DNA of 62,941 bases, filler included, from Nemertoderma westbladi (GCA_032718475.1; 3 parts of 3 records of this genome joined end to end with filler, not necessarily neighbours in it), one strand, 5' to 3'; positions 36,750 to 50,057 are shown, counted from the whole stretch's first letter. Numbers and translations: made by a program. The notes: a model not told the origin generated them from the letters alone.

Positions 36750-38490
36750 AAGGGGGAGAGAACGGGTGAAGGGCGCATGAGGAGGAGTGAAGGGGGACAT
36801 GGGATGAATGGGGACATGGGGAGGGGTTAAGGGGGGCATGGAGAGGGGTGAAAGGGGGACATGGGGATGGGTGAAAGGGGGGGGGGTGAAGGGGGACATG
36901 GGGATGGGTGGAAGGGGTGAAGGCTGAAAGGGGACATGGGGATGAGTGAAAGGTGAAGGGGGACATGGGGATGAGTGAAAGGGGAAGAGGGGTGAAGGGG
37001 GACATGGGGAGGAGTGAAGGAGGGCATGGTGAGGGGTAGAGGGGGACATGGGAAGGGGTTGAGGGGGGCATGGGAAGGGGTGGAGGGGGACATGGGGATG
37101 AGTGAAAGGGGAAGAGGGGTGAAGGGGGACATGGGGAGGAGTGAAGGAGGGCATGGTGAGGGGTAGAGGGGGACATGGGAAGGGGTTGAGGGGGGCATGG
37201 GAAGGGTTGGAGGGGGACATGGGGATGGGTGAAGGGGGGTGGGGTGGAGGGGGGCATGGGGATGGGTGGAAGGGGTGAAGGCTGAAAGGGGACATGGGGA
37301 TGGGTGAAAGGGGAAGAGGGGTGAAGGGGGACATGGGGAGGAGTGAAGGAGGGCATGGTGAGGGGTAGAGGGGGACATGGGAAGGGGTTGAGGGGGGCAT
37401 GGGAAGGGGTGGAGGGGGACATGGGGATGGGTGAAAGGGGAAGAGGGGTGAAGGGGGACATGGGGAGGAGTGAAGGAGGGCATGGTGAGGGGTAGAGGGG
37501 GACACGGGAAGGGGTTGAGGGGGGCATGGGAAGGGGTGGAGGGGGACATGGGGATGGGTGAAGGGGGGTGGGGTGGAGGGAGGCATGGGGAGGGGTAAAG
37601 GGGGACATGGGGATGGGTGAAAGGGGGAGGGGTGAAGGGGGACATGGTGATGGGTGGAGGGGGACATGGGGATGGGTGAAAGGGGGAGGGGTGGATGGGG
37701 GCATGGGGCGGGGTGGAGGGGGACATGGGAAGAGGTGGAGGGGGGCATGGGGATAGTTGAAAGGGGGAGGGGTGAAGGGGGACATGGGGATGGGTGAAAG
37801 GGGGGGGTGAAGGGGGACATGGGGATGGGTGGAAGGGGTGAAGGCTGAAAGGGGACATGGGGATGGGTGAAAGGGGAAGAGGGGTGAAGGGGGACATGGG
37901 GAGGAGTGAAGGAGGGCATGGTGAGGGGTAGAGGGGGACATGGGAAGGGGTTGAGGGGGGCATGGGAAGGGGTGGAGGGGGACATGGGGATGGGTGAAGG
38001 GGGGTGGGGTGGAGGGGAGCATGGGGAGGGGTAAAGGGGGACATGGGGATGGGTGAAAGGGGGAGGGGTGAAGGGGGACATGGTGATGGGTGGAGGGGGA
38101 CATGGGGATGGGTGAAAGGGGGAGGGGTGGAGGGGGGCATGGGGCGGGGTGGAGGGGGGACATGGGAAGAGGTGGAGGGGGGCATGGGGATAGTTGAAAG
38201 GGGGAGGGGTGAAGGGGGACATGGGGAAGGGTGGAGGGGGACATGGGAAGGGGTGGATGGGGACATGGGGATGGGTGAAAGGGGGAGGGGTGAAGGGGGA
38301 CATGGGGATGGGTGAAAGGGGGAGTGGTGAAGGGGGACATATGGAGGGGTGGAGGAGGACATGGAAAGGGGTGGAGGGGGACATGGGGATTGGTTAAAGG
38401 GGGGGTGAAGGGGGACATGGGGAGGGTTGGAGGGGAACATGGGAAGGGGTGGAGGGGGACATAGGAAGTGGTGGAGGGGGACAGTGTGAG
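36750..38490 (+). repeat. G-rich minisatellite (GAAGGGGGACATGGGGATGGGT-type units with higher-order repeats)
   Basis: About 1.7 kb of ~21-33 bp units, nearly C-free except for CATG. It produces spurious Pro-rich ORFs in all three reverse frames. Confidence 0.95.
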
Positions 38491-38544
38491 GATTGAAGGG
38501 GACAGTGTGAGTGTGGGAGGATTGAAGGGGGCTGTCGCCAACGA

Positions 38545-39030
38545 TCTTTCATATACAGCACATTGAAACTGTGGAATGAACTCCCTAATTATATTAGGGA
38601 AACCCAAAAATTCAAAAGTTTTTAAGATTAATTTACGAGAATACCAGCAGTACCGACCAACAATAATCGCTCGTTATTTTTCACTGGGATCATTTGCGAT
38701 AAACGGTCTGTTAGGCTACGGCGTTCTTGCTGCACTCTTAAGGGTGACTTGTTTAACAATCATCTCGCTAATAATTATTGCTGTTCCTGTGGTGACGACC
38801 ACGAAAACGCCAAACATTTATTTATCTTCTGTCCATTATATTATGTACACCGTCTTGTTCTGGAGAACTCTGAACTTCTGTTCTTTAGATTTGGCCCTAA
38901 CGTTTTCGATAGAAAATACCCTGTATGGCCCAAGCAAGGGTAACATTTCTGACCTACACACTCTTATTGAAGCCGTTGAGACTTTTATTACAGCCACCGG
39001 ACGTTTCAGTGATCTCGCGTACTAAAAATT
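38545..39030 (+). pseudogene. 3' end of a CR1/L2-group LINE ORF2
   Basis: SFIYSTLKLWNELP...; LKGDLFNNHLANNYCCSCGDDHENAKHLFIFCPLY (C-terminal zinc finger), with frameshifts. Confidence 0.75.
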
Positions 39031-39689
39031 ACATATGTAATTATTACACTGTCCCAAATACTGAAGTTACGTTTATTGAATTGTTCAACGTTTCTGAATT
39101 TAAAATATTAAAATGCCAATGTTTTTCACCCCAAAGTAATTAATTAATAAATTAATTTCGTATCGCCACCACCTATGTCAATGCCAAGAAAACACAATAG
39201 ATTAAGCTTTTACGGTCATTAAACCGTAAAAGCCCGTTTGTCATGTTTTAGTCTGTAAGCGCTTTCTTGAATAACTTTAATTATTTTTTAATAACGCTGG
39301 TACCTCACCTTGTACTGTAACCTCACCTTGTATCTGTTAGGCATTATATGTATATTTTATTTCTATTCAATATTTTCATATGTCGTTTCCATCACCCACT
39401 ATTTATGATTTTTGATGCTTTGTGATTCTAATTCTATAATTTCGCTCTTTATATCAATTATTAGACATTAACGGAAGGAGACGGCATTAATATAAGCCTG
39501 TCAGGGGCGTAGCGAGTCCTTCTGGCGCCCGGGAGAATGAAACTGCGTTAGCCCCCCCCCCCACCCCCCCCCCCCCCCCCCCTTCAATAATTGTAACTTT
39601 TCATTTATCATGTTTATGACGGTGTATAGTGCATACGGCCTTAGGCCTGACTAAGGACCGTTCTATTCCCATCATAACCAACCACAACC

Positions 39690-39825
39690 ATGTTTCTCTA
39701 TTCGCCTCATTCCACGGGAGCATATGACTTTCTTCGATGCTGGATTATCATGGAATCCAGTTTCGTCAAAATTAAAAATGTTTGTATTTGGGATGCCATC
39801 AATAGACTCGGGTCCGACGAATCTG
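39690..39825 (-). pseudogene. pogo/Tigger-like DDE transposase fragment
   Basis: NIFNFDETGFHDNPASKKVICSRG. Confidence 0.7.
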
Positions 39826-40699
39826 TACAAAAAAAATACAAATGAGTACAATATAGTACAAAAGAATACAAAAGAGTACAATAAAGTGCAAAAAATAGTA
39901 CAAAAGAGTCAAAAATAGTACAAACGAGTGAGAAACGCTTGCAAAATGTGTATCCAAGACAAGTGTAGTTCAAATCGTGTTCGTGTAGAGGGGCGCGCAT
40001 TACAGCATTATGTGGAAAATAAAACAAAGCATTGTCTGATTGTGGGGCGAGCCACGCATTGAGCGGTGGGCTGAGCTGATCTAGCAGTCAGGGAGTATGA
40101 CAATACAAAAAACACAAAAAACTGTCCCAAGCCCACAAAATTACAGAGGAGAACTCAATAGAGTAGCAGATAGAGGCATACATAATTACATACATAGCCT
40201 ACATAATGTAGCATACAGTCCACAGTCTATCCTTCAGTATATGAGTTACTTTAAGACTACTGGACAAGTCCCTAAAAGGTGCCACCCTGCTCCATAGCGC
40301 GGGAAATTCAAATGATTGAAAGACATGTTATTTGTACTGGAAAGGGTGGCAGATCCTATAGGGGCTGTTGCGCTGTCAGTCAGAGAGGTAACAGCCCATG
40401 GGGTAAGGATTTACCCAGGGGGCGCTAACTATCAGATAGTCTGATACCAACTGTCAGACAGTCTTTTTCAACTATCAGATAGATGATCGCCCAGTTACAA
40501 GTTGCCCGATAGTTGTATTTTTTAAACCACTCGAGTGTTGTTGACGGAGTCTGTTACTTCCGAAATCGTTGATCGTGGTGCCGGTGCCGGAATTCTGGCT
40601 TTGATTAAAAACACTGAACTGCTGAACGATGGCGGAATCTACGAAACCCGGCCGGATTCCTAATCCGAGGAGGCGACGGAGTCAATTAAACGTAACAAT

Positions 40700-41100
40700 G
40701 AAACGATCGCGATGGACAATGGACTGATGGAGTCTATTCAATGTATCCAGAACGATACGATGGCGGCGGAGTCTATTACAGTATTAAACACGCAACCAAA
40801 GCGATCAGATGATGGCGAAGTAATCTACAAAACAGAGAACGACAGCAAGGCGATGGAGTTTCTGAGTTAATTAAACCCAGTAAGATGTGCATAGCGAAGC
40901 GATCGAGGCGGATAACGGAGTCTATTACAGTATTAAACACGCAACCAAAGCGATCAGACGATGGCGAAGTAATCTACAAAACAGAGAACGACAGGAAGGC
41001 GATGGAGTTTAATAAACCCAGTAAGATAGTGCATAGCGAAGCGATCGAGACGGATAACGGAGTCTATTATAGAATTAAACCTGGAACGAAGACGGTGGAA
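40700..41100 (+). repeat. Degenerate ~150-bp tandem repeat
   Basis: GGAGTCTATTACAGTATTAAACACGCAACCAAAGCGATCAGA...ACAGAGAACGACAG occurs at ~40768 and ~40917, plus partial copies. Confidence 0.75.
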
Positions 41101-41312
41101 TCTATAGGCCTAAACCTGGAACAATGCGACAAGGCTACTCTAAAGTTAGACTAGACTGGTTTGTGAGATTAACTTGCCAATACTAACTCAATACAATTTG
41201 CTTTCTTTGAATTCCTAATAATATATTTTAATCTTAATAATAAATTATTCAACATCAATTATTTGACTATTATTTATTATCTTGTCAATGTATAAGATTG
41301 CTAAAGACTAAC

Positions 41313-41444
41313 GAGCTAACTTTAGGAAGATCTGCCTTATAATATAAGGCAGATCTTCCTAAAGTTAGCTCTTCCTAAAGATAGCAATTAATTATAATAA
41401 TTCTAAAAATATAAGTTATATTTTTAGAATTATTATAATTAATT
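41313..41444. repeat. Two adjacent perfect 59-bp palindromes
   Basis: 41313-41371 and 41386-41444, each with 29-bp arms and a 1-nt loop. Confidence 0.95.
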
Positions 41445-42134
41445 TTGTTATGTTTATAATGAATTGTATCTTTTGACAGACTACTTGATGTGCGACCGTG
41501 ATAATAAAATTAAAAGTGCCGAAATATTTTCACTTACTTAACTGCAGGGGGGGGGGGGGGGGGGGGGGCAATCAATATTCTTCCCTCTCCAGGTGAAAAT
41601 CGACGCAAATAACAGCTTGTTTACTACTAAAATAAAACTGCATCCTGTTCTATAGGAAAAAACATTATAGGGGAAGGTCTATCAGTGGAGGGGGATGGCG
41701 GTGGGCCAGGATTTAGTTATACTTGAATAAAGAATAGTGATTAAACCAAGCAGCCAAGGGATACGCGATATATGACACTGATGTATAAGTTCATTGAATG
41801 ACTGTTGATTTCGAAACATTTAATTCAAAACTATATAAATGTTAATATAATGTTGGATTTTTTTTTGTTATAATTAACAGATGAATTATATTTCATTAAT
41901 TTATTTTTTTTATCTAATCACATTATTAAACCAATCGACCACTGAAGGATAAAAGCCGGGGTTGGGCTAGGCTGCAGCATTTAAAGCACTGTGCCCAAAC
42001 AGTACTGCTCCATCTAGGGATCGAACATTGAATATTTGAGATTGCATAAGATAGAGTATTGAATATCTTCGGCCGTCACCCCATTGGTGACTGCATTGGC
42101 AACCATTTCGACAGTTTCGATTGGTTTCGGCTCT

Positions 42135-42465
42135 TCAGTCCCCGAATAGACCGATGGTCGGCGTGGTTGCTGTCCCCGTGACTGAGGCTGCATTACCAAC
42201 CAAAATTGCCATCTCCCGACGCTGGAGCAGAAACTGGTGTGACCGCGGTTCGTGGGTGGCACTGTGGAGACGAGCCCCGATCTCCCGGAGGAAGGTGGAT
42301 GTCTCTGGACCAGGGCGGCCAAAGGTCTCAAAGGCCACGGGGTGAAATAAATGGCCCCGGTCCATTAGGTCGCGATACTTAGAGTTTTTAATGCGCTCCG
42401 CCCCCTTAGCTGAGTGCCCCTCGGCAATGATGGTTTGTTGAAGGTGGCTGGGGGCCAGTGGATCT
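42135..42465 (-). pseudogene. C-terminal restriction-like endonuclease fragment of a CRE-like non-LTR retrotransposon
   Basis: AERIKNSKYRDL...FHPVAFETFGRPGPET...FLLQRREMAILVGNAASV. Confidence 0.75.
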
Positions 42466-43040
42466 AGTAATAATTAACGCAAAGATATGATTAGGTAGGC
42501 CTACGTGATATTACTGTATTAATTTCTCAAACCAAACCTCCATTGACGTCAAATATATCAAATTTATCAATCCATACTAATCCGTATGTAATAATGCAGT
42601 AATGTACACTGTAATGCAACACCGGTAATGTCAATGTCCAACCAAACAATGCGTTGAGTGTTATCGGACCAGCCTCCGAGAAATGTTAGGCTAACGGCAC
42701 CTCGCTCTGTCGCATCAGTTTTTGTAGTGGTCAGGTGGTCTAGTTCCAGGTTACCAGAATCCGTTAGGCCTAGTGCATGATATAGAATCAGCACATCCTG
42801 ACATCTGTGCAACTCCTGAACTCACGCGAGCATTTTACAGATGGTGGTCTAATTTATATGGTCTTGTACCGCGAAACCGTGTATTATTTACAGATGTAGG
42901 CTAAATTTCGGGTCTTGTACCGTGCACAGTACTGGTGGGCCTACACAGCTACTGCTATTTTGCCTAATACAGGTCCCAGAGGTAAATCCTTACCCCACAG
43001 GCTGTTACCTCTCTGACTGACAGCGCAACAGCCCTCTCTC

Positions 43041-43843
43041 GGCAGATCAGATCTGCCACCTATATATTGGCGGTAAATTCAAATCTGTTTTAACATTGAA
43101 TACACGAATAGAGTAAGACTAATGTAATTCATTGAATCAGAATAAATTATTCTTATCGGTTTAACTCACTCATCCGTTCAGCCGTTAATGTTTGATTTAT
43201 CTATTCTGGGACTTCAAGCAGCACGTGAACAACTACAGTACACCAGCACGTTAACTAGTCTGGGCTCTGGCATCTGGGGCTTCGAGCACTACGTGAACAA
43301 CTAAACTGACTAGTTAACTAGTCTGGTACATGTCTGGGACAGATATAGCAGTATAGGCAGAGACATTATACACCTGTTGTTATTACAGTAGGCCTACGTG
43401 CGATATATTTTACTATCAGTTCCCTGCTATATTGTTATAATAATTATAATGTTCTGATGTAATTATAACTGATACAAGCAAATAATAAATGTTCTTTACA
43501 TTTTACTGCTAGAAGTTAAGCCAAATCCCCCCCCCCCCCCCCCCCCCCTCCTCAATTTGCAATTTTGCTCAAAGTCTCAGACTAGGTAACCAGCCAGTTT
43601 AGTTGTTCACGTGCTGCTCTATGACCAAGACTAGTTAACGTCGTGTTTAGTTGTTCACGTACTGCTCGAAGTCCCACAATAGATAAAACAACAACAATAA
43701 CGGATGAGTGAATTAAACCGATAAGAAATAATTTATTCTGATTCAATGAATTACATTAGTCTTACTCTATTCATGTATTCAATGTTAAAACAGATTTGAA
43801 TTTACCGCCAAAATATAGGTAGCAGTAGCAGATCTGATCTGCC
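43041..43843. mobile_element. ~800-bp inverted-repeat (foldback) MITE
   Basis: GGCAGATCAGATCTGC...TTGGCGGTAAATTCAAATCTGTTTTAACATTGAATAC... is mirrored at the right end for more than 130 bp. Confidence 0.8.
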
Positions 43844-44866
43844 ACTGCCACCCTTTCCAGTACAAATTACATGTCTTTCAATGATTTGAATTTCCCGCGC
43901 TGTGGAGCAGGTTGGCACCTTTTAGGGACTTGTAAGTTGTAAGACTACTGCTGTACTGGACTATGACCTAAATTTTGAGTCTCAGCATTACCATTGCATT
44001 ACCGGCTGACCGGTCTGCCGGTACTGGTATATTTTATTATACGAACAGTAGCCTAGATTTCTACTTGTATGCCAGTAAAATCTACATGAATCAAAGTTCT
44101 GTCAATCATTTTGTAATAAGCTATCTCATCGTGCTCTTATCTGCATCAACCCGATCATATAAATAACGTAGTCTGTTGCTTATACTTGGTTCATCATAAT
44201 ATAGGGACTGTATAATAAAATATAATAACAAAATATAATCACATCAGAACATCTGTACATCACCATTTGACTACCATAATAATATCATCATATATATAGT
44301 TTAGTTATATTAGCAACAAATACTAACCACGTTCTACAGGCCTATCTGCCTATGCCTAACCTAAAACAAAGTAAAGGCTATACGCTACCGATACTGTTAT
44401 ATTCCTATTACATCCCCCTTGGAAATAAAGATCGACTCGATCTTCAAAATTACTAAAAAATTATTACACTATTAATATTCTACTATCTTAAAAAAATAAC
44501 ATATCTCAATTCTTTATATTATAATCGTAATTAAAGCACTCAAAATAAATTCACAAAATACTTTCAGTTTATAATAATCGTATCAATCAAATTATCTATA
44601 TAGTATATTGTTAGGTGTACCAAATGCTTTAATCTATTACAACTGCAATACTCCTTTCCTTCATCACAAAAAATAGTTTTCCAAATACAAATTAAAAATA
44701 TATGCACAATAATTAAATTATTAATTACATTGTAATTGCTAACAAAATATAATCACATCAGAACATCTGTACATCACCATTTGACTACCATAATAATATC
44801 ATCATATATATAGTTTAGTTATATTAGCAACAAATACTAACCACGTTCTACAGGCCTATGCCTAAC

Positions 44867-45600
44867 CTAAATGTGACGGAATTTACATTTCTTCAACTTT
44901 AATTTCATTCCAACTCTTTCCAATGCTACTAAGACAGTTTCTAATCGCTTTAAGTGTTCTTCAGAACCAAATGCAAATATTAAAATATCATCGAGATATA
45001 TTAGACAAGTAATATATTGCAGTCCCGATAATGTCAGTTCCAGTCCAAATGTCATATTGCAGGTGCATTGGTCAAACCAAACGGCATACGTTTAAAATGA
45101 AATAAACCCATATGAGTTGAAAATGCTGTCTTCTCCTTGTCCTTTGGTTCAATCTTTACAGTCCAATAAGCCGAATAAACGTCAAGAGTACTACAATAAA
45201 GCCCCCGTCGGTGGTGCTCCAATACAGTCAATTAACTCAGTAACCGATGGTAAAGGATAAGCATCCCTCTTTGTCACTGCATTTAACGGCCTAAAATCAA
45301 TACAAAATCGTATACCACCACCTTTCTTAAGAGCAAGCACCGGCCTAAACAACCATGGACTCTCAGAACGTTCTATCACATCATTTTCTAACATATGATT
45401 TATTTGTTTCTCAATAACTGGCCAATGCGATTTCGGAGTTCTAACACCTTTAACTCTAATTGGTTTTGAGTCTCCTGTATCAATATGGTGAGACACACCC
45501 TCCACTAAACCTAAATCAGCTTCATTTCTGGCAAATACATGACAATGATTGTATAATATATTAACAAGTTAATCTTTCTCCTTGTGACTGGAATCATCCC
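44867..45600 (-). pseudogene. Disrupted Gypsy reverse transcriptase
   Basis: HHIDTGDSKPI...SPW...RFCIDFRPLN...YPLP; YLDDILIF; stops and frameshifts. Confidence 0.9.
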
Positions 45601-45629
45601 CTATTTGAAGTTCGGATTCAAATGTTTCC

Positions 45630-47639
45630 CTAGTCCATGGGCTCTGATAAAACATCTGGTACAGGCATAGACATACATTCCATATCACTATCATCTTCCC
45701 TATCATCACCATCTGTATTATTAATCTCATGTACAGTCTCAATATATTCTACCGATCCAAGTTTAGTCTTCTTATTGATTCGCATTTCCATGTTAGATGT
45801 ATTTAGAACCTGCACAGGTATACGTTGTAACTCATCAACTTTGGTAAGTGATCTTGCTGCATTGAGACCATGTTTCTTTGTTAAAGATTCAGACTGCTCA
45901 AATAAAAGAGAATCTCCCCTATTCATAGCATTATCTACATATCCAGTTATCATCTGTCGACTCCGTGGAGGTATTATTACTATATCATTACACCATACAG
46001 TTGCAATCGTCTTATCCCCATAAGAACGTGTAACTGTTTCACTGATCAGTTCCTCACCATCCATTTCGAGGATTATATCTCCGCTAACATTCCATCTCAT
46101 ACAAATACGGAATGCACCTAGCAAATCCAAGCCAATTAATACATCATGTTGTCCACTACGACCCACTAATAATTCTACGGTATGTTGCTTTCTCCCTAAC
46201 TGCATATTCAACATCACTGATCCCGTTATATCCATGACATGACCAGACGCAGACTTTGGTTCCACTGGCGGCGGTAATACCTGAACTTTCGTTGATGTAA
46301 GAGACTGTATTCTGTCCAAAGCAGCCTCAGATATTATTGATACTTCACTACCCCCATCGACGAAAGAACGATAATCTACACCCCCTACCGTTGCCAATGT
46401 AAAACATCGTCGTAAATGCTGACCATTCCATGGCAATTTAGATTTACCCTCCATTGTAGAGTTAGTTTTTCTGGCATCAATTGCTGATGATATTGCACCT
46501 TCCCCTTTGCTCACAGTTGGTGCTTCATTATAATCATCTTGAGTATGATTACATTTATCGTATCCCACAATAACTGTGTTACAAGATAAAGAAGATTGTT
46601 GATATTTATCATCTGTCTTACCTTTGCATTTATTCTTGTCATCCTTCTTTTTATTGTTCTTATAACAGTCTTTTATACGATGTCCGGACTTTCCACAACC
46701 ATGACACTTAATAGGTGAGCGACAATCATAAGCAAAATGACCATATTTTCCACAATTATAACAATGGACATTTGGTTTCTTTACAATTTCTGTGTTAGTA
46801 GAAAAATTAGCATTATTATTTGAACTAGACTTTGATTTGTTATAATTACTCGATTTATAATCAATTGAAGATGTAGTTACTGAACATTTCGGCTCTACAG
46901 CATGTTCCATATCTAGTGCATTTGCTTGTTGGAATAACTCTTTCCAAGTTGAGTCAGGATGAAGTCGTCGCCAACCTCGCAGACGTCCACTAAGTCCAGA
47001 ACGGATATTAACAGCAAAGAAATCCTGAAGTAATGGAGTTTCACCAACACCGTCTACTTCTTCCTTACGACGTCGAACACAAACCATGAATCGTTCAATA
47101 AATTCAGGTAAAGATTCATTAATACCCTGTTTACAGGAGGCAACTTCAGTAGCTGTACTCCTTCTACTGTCCCCAAGAATGCCTATTACAGCTTTCTTTA
47201 ATGAATCATAACTCTCCTTATCCGACTCGTCTAAGGTTTCTTCTAGCATTGTATGAAGTCGACCAATTTTCACTAGTAAACGGTTCTTCTTCTCTTCTGC
47301 TCCGACCTGGGAATCAGTCATTACCCTGTCATAATACTCATCAAACCATTCTTGGATTGACATTGTTTTTGGGTCGAAAGGAGGAATTTTTTCAGTTAAT
47401 TTCGTGGAACGCCTACTCATATCTCTAGAACCCGTTGCCGAATACATAGGATCGTCACCCTCATAATCTCTTCCCAAACGTTCCTGGTTATTCAGAAGAG
47501 ATCGGAACATCTCTTCTACCCGACGATTCCTCTCTTCTGCTACAACGCGTTCACTCTCTAAACGTGCGGCATCTTTATCGTAAAGTTTCTCCATCATTTG
47601 AGTAAACATTCTCGCCTGATTTTCCATCTGTTGTTGCAT
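45630..47639 (-). CDS. Gag plus aspartic protease
   Basis: Double knuckle CYNCGKYGHFAYDC / CHGCGKSGHRIKDC, protease VDGGS...LIGLDLL. The true start is probably frameshifted upstream. Confidence 0.88.
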   Translation of the reverse strand: MQQQMENQARMFTQMMEKLYDKDAARLESERVVAEERNRRVEEMFRSLLNNQERLGRDYEGDDPMYSATGSRDMSRRSTKLTEKIPPFDPKTMSIQEWFDEYYDRVMTDSQVGAEEKKNRLLVKIGRLHTMLEETLDESDKESYDSLKKAVIGILGDSRRSTATEVASCKQGINESLPEFIERFMVCVRRRKEEVDGVGETPLLQDFFAVNIRSGLSGRLRGWRRLHPDSTWKELFQQANALDMEHAVEPKCSVTTSSIDYKSSNYNKSKSSSNNNANFSTNTEIVKKPNVHCYNCGKYGHFAYDCRSPIKCHGCGKSGHRIKDCYKNNKKKDDKNKCKGKTDDKYQQSSLSCNTVIVGYDKCNHTQDDYNEAPTVSKGEGAISSAIDARKTNSTMEGKSKLPWNGQHLRRCFTLATVGGVDYRSFVDGGSEVSIISEAALDRIQSLTSTKVQVLPPPVEPKSASGHVMDITGSVMLNMQLGRKQHTVELLVGRSGQHDVLIGLDLLGAFRICMRWNVSGDIILEMDGEELISETVTRSYGDKTIATVWCNDIVIIPPRSRQMITGYVDNAMNRGDSLLFEQSESLTKKHGLNAARSLTKVDELQRIPVQVLNTSNMEMRINKKTKLGSVEYIETVHEINNTDGDDREDDSDMECMSMPVPDVLSEPMD

Positions 47640-48160
47640 AACAGTCTGACAGTACTGAACATTTGTGCGATGTTGCTCAAGTCAGTTGCCAACCCTGTAT
47701 CACCTCCTGCAGCACCCTTTGATGTCTGTTTCGACTTTTTCTCCTCACTCATTGCTGCTTTTCTAATCTCCCCGTGATAAATATCTTTCGTTTCTTCGGC
47801 AGTTTGACGAGTAACACGCTCCAGTTCTGCTACTTACCGCATAACCCACCTCTAGCTGTCTAGATGTTAAACATAAGCCTGTATACCCTTACCCTATAGA
47901 TCGTAGTGAATGCAGTCGGTGGGACCTCCATGTAATAAGCTATCTCATCATGCTCTTATCTGCATCAACCCGATCATATAAATAACGTAGTCTGTTGCTT
48001 ATACTTGGTTCATCATAATATAGGGACTGTATAATAAAATATAATAACAAAATATAATCACATCAGAACATCTGTACATCACCATTTGACTACCATAATA
48101 ATATCATCATATATATAGTTTAGTTATATTAGCAACAAATACTAACCACGTTCTACAGGC

Positions 48161-48967
48161 TAGGGCTCGATCGGAGCTCCGGCCTCCAGCTCCGGCTCCG
48201 GCCATTTTGGCACCTCCGGCTCCTGCTCCGGCTCCGGTAAAAATATTGCCGGAGTTAATTTTTTAATAAAGTATTATATTTCGTGCATATTCTAATCTGA
48301 ACAATTATTTACACTAGTATTATACAGCTATAGGCCTAAGTACTTTAGTACAGCTTCAATATCAAGCATAATACTGCAGTATTTACTGCTAGTCAATGAC
48401 TGACTGACTGCTGGACTGTACTGCAGTACCGGTACTGGTACTGGCCAGCTGACTGACTAGCAGACTATAACAGATAGGCCCTACTGTAAAAAATTTTAAA
48501 TGCTATGACTGTATGATTGTACACTATACCACTGCAGCTGCAGCCATTTACTGATGTCATGCCAGCATACTGTACTGCAGTACTAGCTGACTGGTAAACG
48601 TTTGGTAGGCTACCTTCCTACCTACAGACCTACAGTACACACCTCTACCACAGTTAGACAGTTAGTGAGATAGGTACGGTACTGTAGGTAATTTTTAACG
48701 TCAGGCCGTCCTGCCGTCTGTCCGTGATAAATTAATTACTTAAATTTTAAATTGAAAATTCGTAAATCTATAAATTATGAAATTAATTAGACCTACAGTG
48801 TGATTGATTATGAGCGATTTGCGAACAATAACCATACTTTATTTTTTTTTAAATAAATAATTGAATTTTTAAAATTTTTGAAAAACTCCGGCTCCTGCTC
48901 CGGCTCCGGCCAAATTGTCCAACTCCGGCTCCGGCTCCGGCCAAATCCCAACTCCGATCGAGCCCTA
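48161..48967. mobile_element. hAT-type MITE inserted in the Gypsy 5' LTR
   Basis: 16-bp TIR TAGGGCTCGATCGGAG, 8-bp TSD CTACAGGC, subterminal (CTCCGG)n. Confidence 0.92.
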
Positions 48968-50057
48968 CTACAGGCCTATGCCTAACCTAAAACAAAGTAT
49001 AGGCTATACGCTACCGATACTGTTATATTCCTATTACAATTTCATACTTGACCACAGACAGACAGAACCAAGGCCAAAGGCCGCTAGGGGTCCGTCTAAA
49101 AGCCACATCGGACCCAATCGGTACCACATCGGACCACATCGGACCACATCGGGGCCACATCGGACCACATCGGGGCCACATCGGAGCCACATCGGCCATA
49201 AAATAGCAATTTAGGATGTAAATAACAAGTTCCAGCACCAACCAGCCAACTGACCAAACTCGTATCAGTAATTCAGTAATTGTTAGTCTTTCTGACAACA
49301 TGTCAGGCTGGTAACCGGTACTGCACTGCAGTAGGTACTAGATACTACAATATCTAATGCAGAGACTATTGCCCCTACTTATACAGTACTGTACCCGTCT
49401 GCAGGTATACACAATGAGCTTGGCAGTTATTGTATTTGTATAATTAGGGGTAGGAGGTACAGGGTCATATTCTTGGAATCAAGGGGGTCGCCCCACATTC
49501 TATCCATTATGATCCCAGAACTACAAAAAAATCAAAAATTTGAAAAAAAATTTCATTTTCATCAGTAGACATCATATTTAGTCTGTCGCGTCGACAAAAA
49601 CTAATTTTCACCTTAGGCATAGTGATCGGAATCATTAATATGTTGTAACAAGAGTTTGGGAGGTCGTATAAAGTTGAAAATAGTCTCATTGGAACCGCAA
49701 TCGTCGGTTTACTGTTAGTGGATTAAAAAATATTTATTTTTCAACAGCGAACAATTTTTCAGTTAGAGACATGTCAAAAATCGACTTTTCAACCTAGGCG
49801 CGTAGTGATCAGAAGTCATAATATGTTGTAACAAGAGTTTGGAAGGTCGTATGAAGTTGAAAATAGTCTCATTGGAACCGCAATCGTCAGCTTACTGTTT
49901 AGTGAATTAAAAAAATTATTTTTCCACAGCAAACAATTTTTTCAGTATGACACTTCCCAATTTTCTTTGTTACTTTTCACCCTATGCCTATAGTGATCAG
50001 AAATCATGTTGTATACTCATCTGAACTTGAAATAAATTCTCATTGGAACCACAAATT

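Larger units (their letters stand above)
40264..43933. mobile_element. Foldback-type DNA element with ~150-bp TIRs, right TIR split by a nested inverted-repeat element
   Basis: 40264-40415 is the reverse complement of 42981-43035 plus 43845-43933. Confidence 0.7.
44112..49038 (-). mobile_element. Ty3/Gypsy element with internal deletion (no RNase H or integrase)
   Basis: ~300-bp LTRs at 44112-44412 and 47931-49038 (the latter interrupted by a MITE). 4-bp TSD ATTT. PBS TGGAGGTCCCACCGA (tRNA-Gln-like) at 47916-47930. PPT at 44413-44420. Confidence 0.92.

Noticed and set aside
36714-38607. Three long Pro-rich ORFs on the minus strand
   Set aside because: They arise from a satellite lacking stop codons in all three frames.
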